DNA of 64,000 bases from Orbicella franksi. Taxonomy: Eukaryota. Below, piece after piece: positions 47,393 to 59,214 of this stretch (position 1 is the stretch's first letter; each line of letters begins with the position of its first letter). The stretch lies in assembly GCA_964199315.1 (NCBI GenBank), contig OZ116712.1, forward strand, positions 18,042,001 through 18,106,000, read 5' to 3'. Below the pieces are notes generated by a model that was not told where the DNA came from, did not search any database, and saw only the letters and a program-made list of their open reading frames with translations. Made by a program: the position numbers and the translations under genes.

Positions 47393-48355
47393 ATTAACGT
47401 AACGGAATCTAAAGCGGGATCCTTGATTAAAATGTGTCCCATGAACGAGATGGTTTGGAAGCAGGAGTACCAAGTGGAAAAGATTGCCTTGGCCATGACA
47501 GCAATAATCCTGAACATCCTAAGCTTTCCTGTGACGATCCTGATGAATGTGCTGGTGATAATGGCGGTAAAGGCAAGACCCAGATTGCAAAGCAAATATA
47601 ACATTTTGCTGGCCTGTTTGGCGGGAACAGACCTGATAGTCGGAGCGGCTTCACAACCGGCTTTCATTGCGGGACAGATTTATGTCATGAAAGATTTATC
47701 TCTAATTGAATACTGTCGATACCATAAGGAAAGCCACCTGACATTTGGAATTCCTATTTATGCATCTCTGTTTCATTTGACACTTATTAGTGTGGAACGG
47801 TTTGAAGCCATGAAGTACACTTTTCGTTATGAGACAATTTTTACAGAGTCGCGTTTAAAAATAATCGTTGTTAGTTCCTGGGTCATCGCATGTTGCCCAG
47901 GTATTCTGCAAAGCCTTTCTGAAGGGTTTGAAATCATTATCAGGGTCGTATCGTCCTTGTTGGGATATTTCAGTCTTTCTTTGATGCTCTACTGTCATTT
48001 ATCGGTTTATTTTGTAAACCGCCGTCACGAGAAACAAATCAAATGCGAGCAAGTTTCACCACAAGCCGCTGCTGACTTTGCAAAGGAGAAGAAAGCTCTG
48101 AAAACTACCAGGGTAATTACAACGGCTTTGCTTTTTTATGTTTTGCCTACGGGTGTGCATTATCTATTTTTGCCCGTCTTTTTTAAGAGTAGTAGTTACA
48201 TTGTAAACGTAATACCTGACTTTTGTCCCATCCCGTTGGTTCTCTCGCTCAATTCTCTGTGTAATCCGATCATGTACTGTTGTAGAAATGAGATGTTTCG
48301 AAAGACATGCAAGGAGCTGCTTAAAATGAAGTGCACAAACTTTACCGAGGAATAA
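47393..48355 (+). CDS. Class A GPCR copy B (subtype beta); ancestral ATG mutated to ATT, next in-frame ATG at 47432
   Basis: ctATTaacgtaacg versus ccATGaacgtaacg in E and F; the rest of the frame is open, with a locally frameshifted TM7 segment. Functional status uncertain. Confidence 0.7.
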   Translation: MNVTESKAGSLIKMCPMNEMVWKQEYQVEKIALAMTAIILNILSFPVTILMNVLVIMAVKARPRLQSKYNILLACLAGTDLIVGAASQPAFIAGQIYVMKDLSLIEYCRYHKESHLTFGIPIYASLFHLTLISVERFEAMKYTFRYETIFTESRLKIIVVSSWVIACCPGILQSLSEGFEIIIRVVSSLLGYFSLSLMLYCHLSVYFVNRRHEKQIKCEQVSPQAAADFAKEKKALKTTRVITTALLFYVLPTGVHYLFLPVFFKSSSYIVNVIPDFCPIPLVLSLNSLCNPIMYCCRNEMFRKTCKELLKMKCTNFTEE

Positions 48356-49282
48356 AAACTTATTACAAACCAGTATGGCGCGTGATATTGATCATTCGGG
48401 AGTCGCGGATGCTACAACATTTAGTAACGTTGCATGTGTTGAAATAAACCTCCTTAGAAATTGATTTAGAGTGTTGTAAATTTCATTGCAGGAAAAAAAT
48501 AAATTGAAAAACATGGCGAATTTTGGTTTCGTTTCGTTTTTCTTCCAGACGACGCTGTCTGTCGTCCATGAATCGACAGAAAAAGAAAACTAATTGCAAG
48601 TTAAATGCGTCATAGCTAGTTTTGGCGCATAATATCTGAACATCGTGAAGGTTACTTCTTAAAAAAAGTCCTTTAAGTTATCTCAACTAACAACACTACC
48701 TTTTATGGGAAGTTTTTTTTCTTGCATTGGAAATTGGATTGTTTTTAGGATTTCATTTATCCTGAGTCACTCAGCCAGTAAATCAGTCCACGACAGCTGG
48801 TATTTTTAATGAAGAAGCGCAAGACAACAGCTATATTTTAACGCAAGTTCTGATGATGAATAACAATTAGTAACATTTGTTTCAGTGTTATGTCTGTGTT
48901 TCAATGTTTGCCACCTAGGAAATGCTACTTTAAAATTTTGATTTGTATAGTTTGCGAAATGGTATTTGCTCCTTTAAGAAGTCATACTGAAAAAAGTTTG
49001 GGAAATGTTACTTTGTGTGTTGAAAAATATAGCTTAATTATTTTCGAAATGATCGGTCGGGGTGGTACTTCACTGACGTTACTTTGCGAAATGTCACTTT
49101 AAAATCCGTGAAATATTGTTCGATGAAGTGGCGGGTAAGTCAGATAACTTTCTGTGCTTTTCATTGTTTTCGCTCTAATTAATTTCAGGGCTGTAAGCTT
49201 GTTAGGCATATTTCGCAAAGAACATTTCGTTTCGTCTGGAAAAGATACCGCAAGCCGTACTTTAAAAGAGAAAAAACTCGCC

Positions 49283-50248
49283 ATGAACGTGACTGAATCC
49301 AAGGAGGGATCCTTGATTAAAATGTGTCCCATGAACGAGATGGTTTGGAAGCAGGAGTACCAAGTGGAAAAGATTGCCTTGGCCATAACAGCAATAATCC
49401 TGAACGTCCTAAGCTTTCCTGTGACGATCCTGATGAATGTGCTGGTGATAATGGCGGTAAAGACAAGACCCAGATTGCAAAGCAAGTATAACATTTTGCT
49501 GGCCTGTTTGGCGGGAACAGACCTGTTAGTAGGAGCGGCGTCACAGCCGACTTTCATTGCGGGACAGATTTATGTCATGAAAGGTTTTTCTTTGACTGAA
49601 TATTGCCGATACCGTAAGGAAACCAACACCATTTATACAATTCCAATTCTTGCATCTCTGTATCATTTGACACTTGTTAGTGTGGAACGGTTTGTAGCCA
49701 TGAAGTACACCTTGCGATATGTGACAATTGTCACGGGGCTTCGTTTTAAAATAGCCGTTGTTAGTTCCTGGGTCATGGCATGTTGCCCAGCTATTCTGCA
49801 AAGCCTTTCTGAAGAGTTTGAAATCATAATCAGAGTAGCAAATACTTTGTTGGGATGTTTCAGCCTTTCGCTGCTACTTTACTGTCATTTTTCGGTTTAT
49901 TTTGTAACTCGCCGTCACGAGGAACGAATCAAATGTGAACAAGTTTCACCACAAGCCGCTGCTGACTTTGCAAAGCAGAAGAAAGCTCTGAAAACTACCA
50001 GGATAATTACGATGACTTTGCTTGTGTGTTTTTTGCCGGCGAATGTGCATTATTTGTTTTTGCCCATCTATTTTAAGAGCAGTAGTTACATTGTAAACGT
50101 AATAATTTTGTCCCATCCCGTTCTCGTATCGGTTCTCTGGTTTAATTCTCTGTGCAATCCGATCATATATTGCTATAGAAATAGGACGTTTCGAAAGACA
50201 TGCAAGGAGCTGCTTAAAATGAAGTGCACAAACTTTAAGGAGGAATAA
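49283..50248 (+). CDS. Class A GPCR copy C (subtype gamma), intact, 321 aa
   Basis: ATG in the same cgccATG context as the paralogues; all 7TM motifs; gamma-specific RKETNTIYTIPILASLYH. Confidence 0.92.
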   Translation: MNVTESKEGSLIKMCPMNEMVWKQEYQVEKIALAITAIILNVLSFPVTILMNVLVIMAVKTRPRLQSKYNILLACLAGTDLLVGAASQPTFIAGQIYVMKGFSLTEYCRYRKETNTIYTIPILASLYHLTLVSVERFVAMKYTLRYVTIVTGLRFKIAVVSSWVMACCPAILQSLSEEFEIIIRVANTLLGCFSLSLLLYCHFSVYFVTRRHEERIKCEQVSPQAAADFAKQKKALKTTRIITMTLLVCFLPANVHYLFLPIYFKSSSYIVNVIILSHPVLVSVLWFNSLCNPIIYCYRNRTFRKTCKELLKMKCTNFKEE

Positions 50249-51089
50249 GAAAAATTACTATAGACCATTATGGCCTCTGATATTGATAAACCAGGAGTTG
50301 CTGATGTTGCAAAATTCAGAAGCATCGCATGCGTTGAAATGAACTTCCTTGGAAATTGATTTAGAGTGCTGTGGGATTCGTTGGAGAGTAGAAATAAACT
50401 ACAAAAACAAGGCGAGTTACTGTTTACCCATCACTAAGGTCTTGTTTTAGACAGAGTAAATTGAATTCCAAATCTTGCACTATGGAAAAAGGGTTTCGTG
50501 CATGATTTCAAGAAGAATAAAACAAGATGGGTGCATGTCGATCTCTATCAACAGGTCAATAAAATCAACTGTAATTTGAAGGTTTCAAGGTTTCGTCGCA
50601 TAATATCTGAACTTCCTGAAGGTACCTTCGTTAAAAATATCAAAGAAGTTACTTTGAAGTATGTGAACTGAGAGCATTACATTTTAAAGCACAAGATTTT
50701 TCTCTTGCATTGGGAATTGGATCCCTTATTTGATTTTATTTATCCTGAGCCGCTCGGACAATAAATCAGTCAAAGACACCTGTCATCATTTTCACTGAAG
50801 ATGAAGCGGAAGACAGGAAATATATTTAAACGTAACTCTTGAGGAAGAATAATAATTATTAACATTTCGTTTCAGTGATTGATTGATTGATTGATTGATT
50901 GATTACTTGATGGTGCTTTGATGTTTTCCACGTAGGAAATGGTTATTCAAAGTAGTTTACTAAATCTTCAATCGCAGTTTGCGAAATGGTGTTTGTCACT
51001 TTAACAAATATATGGCACTTACGATACTTTGCGGTCAAATGTCACTTTCCACGTTGAGAAGAATTGATTGGTGCAGTCACGAGTTAAAG

Positions 51090-51390
51090 AATCCGATATA
51101 ACCAACGCGTCGGCCAACACTACCAACAAACCACCGACATACTACGAACACTTTGGCCGACAAACTACCCACACAATACGAACACGTCGGCCGAGACACT
51201 ACCGACACAATATTAACAAGTCGGCCGACACACTACCGACAACAGGTCGGTCGACAAACTACCGACACAACACGAACACGTCGGCCGACACACTACTGAC
51301 ACAATACTAACAAGTCGGCCGACACACTACCGACACAATACAAACAAGTCGGCCGACACAATGCCAATGCGTCCGCTGACACACTATAGA
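51090..51390. repeat. Degenerate tandem repeat of CCGACACACTA/GTCGGCCGAC units (probable MITE remnant)
   Basis: About 8 imperfect units; the duplicate at about 60057-60357 encodes the same incidental 80-aa ORF. Confidence 0.7.
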
Positions 51391-51713
51391 ATTAATTTGT
51401 GATTTGGAAAATTGTGTTTTAGACTTAAACAATTGGTTCTTCAAACACTTTGCGAAATGCTACTTTGTTCTATTGCTTGGTGCTTGAAGAAATCGTCCTT
51501 TGAGGTGCTTTTTTAAATGCCACTTCAAGTTACTTTGCGAGTAGTCACTTTATACTCCGTTAAATATTAGTTGATGAGGTGTACTTCAAAGAAGGTTGCT
51601 CCGCTCATATAAGTTTCCCAAACTCTGAACTTGATATATCGATAGGTATATTTCGGGAAGAACATATCGTTTCACGTCAAAAAAGTACCGCAACCGACCG
51701 CAGAAAACTCGCC

Positions 51714-52678
51714 ATGAACGTGACTGAATCCAAAAAGGGACCCTTAGTTGGAATATGTCCCATGAACGAGATGGTTTGGAAGCAGGAGTACCAGGTGGAA
51801 AAGATTGCCTTAGCCATGACAGCAATAATCCTGAACATCCTAAGCTTTCCTGTGACGATCCTGATGAATGTGCTGGTGATAATGGCGGTAAAGACAAGGC
51901 CCAGATTGCAAAGCAACTATAACATTTGGTGGCCTGTTTGGCGGGAACAGACCTGATAGTCGGAGCGGTTTCACAGCCGACTTTCATTGCGGGACAGATT
52001 TATGTCATAAAAGGTTTATCTCTAATTGAATACTGTCGATACCATAAGGAAAGCCACCTGATATTTGGAATTCCTATTTATGCATCTCTGTTTCATTTGA
52101 CACTTATTAGTATGGAACGGTTTGTAGCCATGAAGTATACTTTTCGCTATGAGACAACTGTTACAGAGCTGCGTTTAAAAATAATCGTTGTTAGTTCTTG
52201 GGTCATCGCATGTTGCCCAGGTATTCTGCGAAGCCTTTCTGAAGAGTTTGAAATCATTATCAGGGTGCCAGGTTTCCTGTTCGCATGTTTCAACCTTTCG
52301 TTGATACTTTACTGTCATTTTTCGGTTTATTTTGTAACCCGTCGTCACGAGAAACAAATCAAATGCGAGCAAGTTTCACCACAAGCCGCTGCTGACTTTG
52401 CAAAGGAGAAGAAAGCTCTGAAAACTACCAGGATTATTTTAATGGCTTTGGCTGTGTGTTTTTCCCCCTTGATTGTACATAATTTAGTTTTGCACGCCTA
52501 TTTTAAGAGTAGTAGTTACATTGGAAACGTAATAGTTTTGTCCCAGCCCGTTTTCGTATCGGTTTTCATGCTCAATTCTCTTTGCAATCCAATCATATAC
52601 TGCTATAGAAATAAAACGTTTCGTAAAACTTGCAAAGAGCTGCTTAAAATGAAGTGCACAAACTTTAACGAGGCATAA
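51714..52678 (+). pseudogene. Class A GPCR copy D (alpha), 1-bp deletion near 51926
   Basis: aacatttggtgg versus aacattttgctgg in the other copies; the ORF is split into 51579-51956 and 51926-52678. Confidence 0.85.
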
Positions 52679-54011
52679 CAACTTATTAAAAACCACCATG
52701 GCCTGTGATATTGATGATGTTACAAAATTTTGTAACATTTCATGTGTCATTGAAATAAACTATACCTTAGAAATTGATTTAGAGTGTTGTCAATTTCATT
52801 GAAGGAGAGAAATAAATTGAAAAACATGGCGAAGTTTGTTTCGTTTCGTTTCGTTTCGACGCAAATTTTAATTGCAAATCCTGCACCATGAAAGACGGCT
52901 CTCAGGTGAAATCAGGAGAATAAAAGAAGGTGGCGTCCATGTCTATGATTTCGACAAGGAAATAAATTAAAGCAACTGTAATTTGACGGTTTCCGAAAGT
53001 TTTGTCTCATAACATCTGTTATCATAATAGTCGTTCTTATAAAGAAAAAGTTACTTTAAATTATCTGAACTTAAGTACAGCATTTTACGGCAAAATATTT
53101 TTTTCTTTCATTGGAAATTGAATTCCTTTTCGGATTTAAACTCAAAGGGGAAAGTCAGGCCCCGATCGACAGATGGTATTTTCAGTGAAGAAGCGCGAAC
53201 CAATAATAATTAGTAACATTTCTTTCACTCTTCTAATCGTGTTTTAAAATGTGCTACTGAGGAAATGCTACTTCAAGATACTTTACAAAATTTTGATTCG
53301 CAGTTTACAAAATTATGCAGTCACTCTAACAAATGGCACTTAAGAAAGTTCGTGAAGATTAATTCTTATAAAAAATTTACTTTAAATTATCTTAACCAAC
53401 AGTGTTGAATTTTACGGCAAAATTTATTTTCTTTCATTGGATTTCATATATCCTGAGCCACTCAGCCAGAAAATCAGTCCACGACAGCTGCAAATTTCAA
53501 TGAAGAAGCGCAAGACAAAAACTATATTTTAACGTAAGTTTTGCTCGGAATACGAATAATAATTAGTAACATTTGTTTCCGTGTTTTGTTTGTGTTTCAA
53601 TGTTTATCACTTAGAAAATGCTACTTCAAGGTACTTGACCAAATTTTAATTTGTATTTTCGAAGTGGTTATTGTTCGTTTAACAGATGGTACTTAAGAAA
53701 GTTTGCGAAATGCCACTTTGTAATTTGACAAATATAGCTTGGTACTTTACGAAATCGTCTATAGATGCATAGATGTTCTTTGCGAGATGGTACTTCGCGT
53801 TACTTTGCGAAATGTTACTTTATACTCAATGAAATACTACTTGATGAAGTGGCTGGTAATTCGGCAAAATATCTGTGCTGTTCATTGTTTTCGCTGTAAT
53901 TAATTTCCCGGGCGGTGACCATGTAACGTATATTTCGTAAAGAACCTTTCGTTTCGTGTCAAAAAGGGACGTACCGCAAACGACCACACAGCCAACTTCG
54001 AAAAATTCGCC

Positions 54012-54977
54012 ATGAACGTAACGGAATCTAAAACGGGATCCTTGATTAAAATGTGTCCCATGAACGAGATGGTTTAGAAGCAGGAGTACCAGTTTGAAAA
54101 GATTGCCTTGGCCATGACAACAATAATCCTGAACATCCTAAGCTTTCCTGTGACGATCCTGATGAACGTGCTGGTGATAATGGCGGTAAAGACAGGACCC
54201 AGATTGCAAAGCAAATATAACATTTTGCTGGCCTGTTTGGCGGGAACAGACCTGTTAGTAGGAGCGGCGTCACAGCCGACTTTCATTGCGGGACAGATTT
54301 ATGTCATGAAAGGTTTATCTCTAATTGAATATTGCCGATACCATAAGGAAAGCCATCTGATATTTGGAATTCCTATTTATGCATCTCTGTTTCATTTGAC
54401 ACTTATTAGTATGGAACGGTTTGTAGCCATGAAGTATACTTTACGTTATGAGACAATTGTTACAGAGCTGCGTTTAAAAATAATCGTTGTTAGTTCCTGG
54501 GTCATCGCATGTTGCCCAGGTATTCTGCGAAGCCTTTCTGAAGAGTTTGAAATCATTATCAGGGTGCCAGGTTTTCTGTTCGCATGTTTCAACCTTTCGT
54601 TGATACTTCACTGTCATTTTTCGGTTTATTTTGTAACCCGTCGTCACGAGAAACAAATCAAATGCGAGCAAGTTTCACCACAAGCCGCTGCTGACTTTGC
54701 AAAGGAGAAGAAAGCTCTGAAAACTACCAGGATTATTTTAATGGCTTTGGCTGTGTGTTTTTCCCCCTTGATTGTGCATAATTTAGTTTTGCACGCCTAT
54801 TTTAAGAGTAGAGCTTACATTGGAAACGTAATAGTTTTGTCCCAGCCCGTTTTCGTATCGGTTTTCATGCTCAATTCTCTTTGCAATCCAATCATATACT
54901 GCTATAGAAATAACACGTTTCGTAAAACGTGCAAAGAGCTGCTTAAAATGAAGTGCACAAACTTTAACGAGGAATAA
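54012..54977 (+). pseudogene. Class A GPCR copy E (mosaic), nonsense mutation at codon 22
   Basis: TGG to TAG at 54075-54077; length otherwise 966 nt like the intact copies. Confidence 0.85.
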
Positions 54978-56330
54978 CAACTTATTAAAAACCACCATGG
55001 CCTGTGATATTGATGATGTTACAAAATTTTGTAAAGTTTCATGTGTCATTGAAATAAACTATACCTTAGAAATTGATTTACAGTGTTGTCAATTTCATTG
55101 AAGGAGAGAAATAAATTGAAAAACATGGCTGGCGAAGTTTGTTTCGTTTCGTTTCGTTTCGACGCAAATTTTAATTGCAAATCCTGCACCATGAAAGACG
55201 GCTCTCAGGTGAAATCAGGGGAATAAAAGAAGATGGCGTCCATGTCTATGATTTCGACAAGGAAATAAATTAAAGCAACTGTAATTTGACGGTTTCCGAA
55301 AGTTTTGTCTCATAATATCTGTTATCATAATAGTCGTTCTTATAAAAAAAAAGTTACTTTAATTTATCTGAACTTAAGTACAGCATTTTACGGCAAAATA
55401 TTTTTTTTCTTTCATTGGAAATTGAATTCCTTTTCGGATTTACACTCAAAGAAGAAAGTCAGGCCCCGATCGACAGATGGTATTTTCAGTGAAGAAGCGC
55501 GAACCAATAATAATTAGTAACATTTCTTTCACTGTTCTAATTGTGTTTTAAAATGTGCTACTGAGGAAATGCTACTTCAAGATACTTTACAAAATTTTGA
55601 TTCGCAGTTTACAAAATTATGCAGTCACTCTAACAAATGGCACTTAAGAAAGTTCGTGAAGATTAATTCTTATAAAAAATTTACTTTAAATTATCTCAAC
55701 CAACAGTGTTGCATTTTACGGCAAAATTTATTTTCTTTCATTGGAAATTGGATTCCTCTTTGGATTTCATTTATCCTGAGCCACTCAGCCAGAAAATCAG
55801 TCCACGACAGCTGCAAATTTCAATGAAGAAGCGCAAGACAAAAACTATATTTTAACGTAAGTTTTGCTCGGAAGACGAATAATAATTAGTAAAATTTGTT
55901 TCAGTGTTTTGTTTGTGTTTCAATGTTTATCACTTAGAAAATGCTACTTCAACATACTTGACCAAATTTTAATTTGTAGTTTCGAAGTAGTAATTGTTCG
56001 TTTAACAAATGGTACTTATCAGTGAAAGTTTGCGAAATGCCACTTTGTAATTTGACAAATATAGCTTGATACTTTACGAAATCGTCCATGGATGTTCTTT
56101 GCGAGATGGTACTTCGCGTTACTTTGCGAAATGTTACTTTATACTCAATGAAATACTACTTGATGATGTGGCTGGTAATTCGGGAAAATATCTGTGCTGT
56201 TCATTGTTTTCGCTGTAATTAATTTCCCGGGCGGTGACCATGTAAGGTATATTTCGTAAATAACCTTTCGTTTCGTGTCAAAAAGGGACGTACCGCAAAC
56301 GATCGCAAAGCCAACTTCGAAAAATTCGCC

Positions 56331-57298
56331 ATGAACGTAACGGAATCTAAAGCGGGATCCTTGATTAAAATGTGTCCCATGAACGAGATGGTTTGGAAGC
56401 AGGAGTACCAGGTGGAAAAGATTGCCTTGGCCATGACAGCAATAATCCTGAACATCCTAAGCTTTCCTGTGACGATCCTGATGAATGTGCTGGTGATAAT
56501 GGCGGTAAAGACAAGATCCAGATTGCAAAGCAAATATAACATTTTGCTGGCCTGTTTGGCGGCAACAGACCTGATAGTCGGAGCGGCTTCACAACCGGCT
56601 TTCATTGCGGGACAGATTTATGTCATGAAAGATTTATCTCTAATTGAATACTGTCGATACCATAAGGAAAGCCACCTGATATTTGGAATTCCTATTTATG
56701 CATCTCTGTTTCATTTGACACTTATTAGTGTGGAACGGTTTGAAGCCATGAAGTACACTTTTCGTTATGAGACAATTTTTACAGGGTCGCGTTTAAAAAT
56801 AGCCGTTGTTAGTTCCTGGGTCATCGCATGTTGCCCAGCTATTCTGCAAAGCCTTTCTGAAGAGTTTGAAATCATTAACAGGGTCGTATCGTCCTTGTTG
56901 GGATATATCAGCCTTTCTTTGATGCTCTACTGTCATTTATCGCTTTATTTTGTAACCCGCCGTCACGAGAAACAAATCCCAAATGCGAGCAAGTTTCACC
57001 ACAAGCCGCTGCTGACTTTGCAAAGGAGAAGAAAGCTCTGAAAACTACCAGGATAATTACAATGGCTTAGCTTTTTTATGTTTTGCCCACGGGAGGGCAT
57101 TATTTGTGTTTGCCCGTCTTTTTTAAGAGTAGTAGTTACATTGTAAACATAATACTTTTGTCCCATCCCGTTGTTATATCGGTTCTCTCGCTCAATTCTC
57201 TGTGTAATCCGATCATGTACTGCTATAGAAATGAGATGTTTCGAAAGACATGCAAGGAGCTGCTTAAAATGAAGTGCACAAACTTTACCGAGGAATAA
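56331..57298 (+). pseudogene. Class A GPCR copy F (beta), +2 frameshift and a further nonsense codon
   Basis: Extra CC at 56979-56980 (aaatccc versus aaatc) and TTG to TAG at 57068-57070 in the original frame; total 968 nt. Confidence 0.88.
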
Positions 57299-58248
57299 AA
57301 ACTTTTTACAAACCAGTATGGCGCGTGATATTGATCATTCGGGAGTCGCGGATGCTACAACATTTAGTAACGTTGCATGTGTTGAAATAAACCTCCTTAG
57401 AAATTGATTTAGAGTGTTGTAAATTTCATTGCAGGAAAGAAATAAATTGAAAAACATGGCGAATTTTGGTTTCGTTTCGTTTTTCTTCCAGACGACGCTG
57501 TCTGTCGTCCATGAATCGACAGAAAAAGAAGACTAATTGTAAGATGAATGCGTCATAGCCAGTTTTGGCGCATAATATCTGAATATCGTGAAGGTTACTT
57601 CTTAAAAAAATCCTTTAAGTTATCTCAACTAACAGTACAACATTTTACGGGAAGTTTTTTTTTTTTCTCTTGCATTGGAAATTGGATTCTTTTTAGGATT
57701 TCATTTATCCTGAGTCACTCAGCCAGTAAATCAGTCCACGACAGCTGGTATTTTTAATGAAGAAGCGCAAGACAACAGCTATATCTTAACGCAAGTTCCG
57801 ATGACGAATAAGAATTAGTAACATTTGTTTCAGTGTTATGTCTGTGTTTCAATGTTTGCCACCTAGGAAATGCTACTTTAAAATTTTGATTTGTAGTTTG
57901 CGAAATGGTATTTGCTCCTTTAACAAATGATACTGACTGAAAAAGTTTGGGAAATGTTACTTTGTACGTTGAGAAATATAGCTTAATTATTTTCGAAATG
58001 ATCGTTCGAGGTGCTTTGTGAAGTGGTAGTTCACATTACTTTGCGAAATGTCACTTTATACTCCTTGAAATATTGCTCGATGAAGTGGCGGGTACTTCAG
58101 GAAACTTTCTGTGCTTTTCATTGTTTTCGCTCTAATTAATTTCAGGGCTGTGAGCTTGTTAGGCATATTTCGCAAAGAACATTTCGTTTCGTCTGGAAAA
58201 GATACTGCAAGCCGTGCTTTGAAGAAAAAAAAAAACAATAAACTCGCC

Positions 58249-59214
58249 ATGAACGTGACTGAATCTAAGGAGGGATCCTTGATTAAAATGCGTCCCATGA
58301 ACGAGATGGTTTGGAGGCAGGAATACCAAGTGGAAAAGATTGCCTTGGCCATAACAGCAATAATCCTGAACATCCTAAGCTTTCCTGTGACGATCCTGAT
58401 GAATGTGCTGGTGATAATGGCGGTAAAGACAAGACCCAGATTGCAAAGCAAATATAACATTTTGCTGGCCTGTTTGGCGGGAACAGACCTGTTAGTAGAA
58501 GCGGCGTCACAGCCGACTTTCATTGCGGGACAGATTTATGTCATGAAAGATGTTTCTTTGACTGAATATTGCCGATATCGTAAGGAAACCAATACCATTT
58601 ATACAATTCCAATTCTTGCATCTCTGTATCATTTGACACTGATTAGTGTGGAACGGTTTGTAGCCATGAAGTACACCTTGCGATATGTGACAATTGTCAC
58701 GGGGCTTCGTTTTAAAATAGCCGTTGTTAGTTCCTGGGTCATGGCATGTTGCCCAGCTATTCTGCAAAGCCTTTCTGAAGAGTTTGAAATCATTATCAGG
58801 GTAGCAAATACTTTGTTGGGATGTTTCAGCCTTTCGCTGCTACTTTACTGTCATTTTTCGGTTTATTTTGTAACTCGCCGTCACGAGGAACGAATCAAAT
58901 GTGAACAAGTTTCACCACAAGCCGCTGCTGACATTGCAAAGCAGAAGAAAGCTCTGAAAATTACCAGGATAATTACGATGACTTTGCTTGTGTGTTTTTT
59001 GCCGGCGAATGTGCATTATTTCTTTTTGCCCATCTATTTTAAGAGCAGTAGTTACATTGTAAACGTAATAATTTTGTCCCAGCCCGTTCTCGTATCGGTT
59101 CTCTGGTTTAATTCTCTGTGCAATCCGATCATATATTGCTATAGAAATAGGACGTTTCGAAAGACATGCAAGGAACTGCTTAAAATGAAGTGCACAAACT
59201 TTAAGGAGGAATAA
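58249..59214 (+). CDS. Class A GPCR copy G (gamma), intact, 321 aa
   Basis: 966-nt ORF nearly identical to copy C; carries Cys15Arg and a TM2 Gly to Glu change. Confidence 0.9.
   Translation: MNVTESKEGSLIKMRPMNEMVWRQEYQVEKIALAITAIILNILSFPVTILMNVLVIMAVKTRPRLQSKYNILLACLAGTDLLVEAASQPTFIAGQIYVMKDVSLTEYCRYRKETNTIYTIPILASLYHLTLISVERFVAMKYTLRYVTIVTGLRFKIAVVSSWVMACCPAILQSLSEEFEIIIRVANTLLGCFSLSLLLYCHFSVYFVTRRHEERIKCEQVSPQAAADIAKQKKALKITRIITMTLLVCFLPANVHYFFLPIYFKSSSYIVNVIILSQPVLVSVLWFNSLCNPIIYCYRNRTFRKTCKELLKMKCTNFKEE

Noticed and set aside
49154-49282. N-terminal extensions of copies C and G in the ORF track (also 58111-58248)
   Set aside because: They start at GTG, and alignment with the paralogues places the conserved start at cgccATGaacgt.
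51068-51310. Identical 80-aa Thr-rich ORFs at 51068 and 60035
   Set aside because: Translation of a low-complexity repeat inside a recently duplicated spacer; non-ATG start.
44418-58767. Many recurring minus-strand ORFs over the GPCR copies (MKPLRL..., MLCNLGLV..., MTHETLQ...)
   Set aside because: Antisense shadows of the receptor coding sequence, repeated only because the genes are duplicated.
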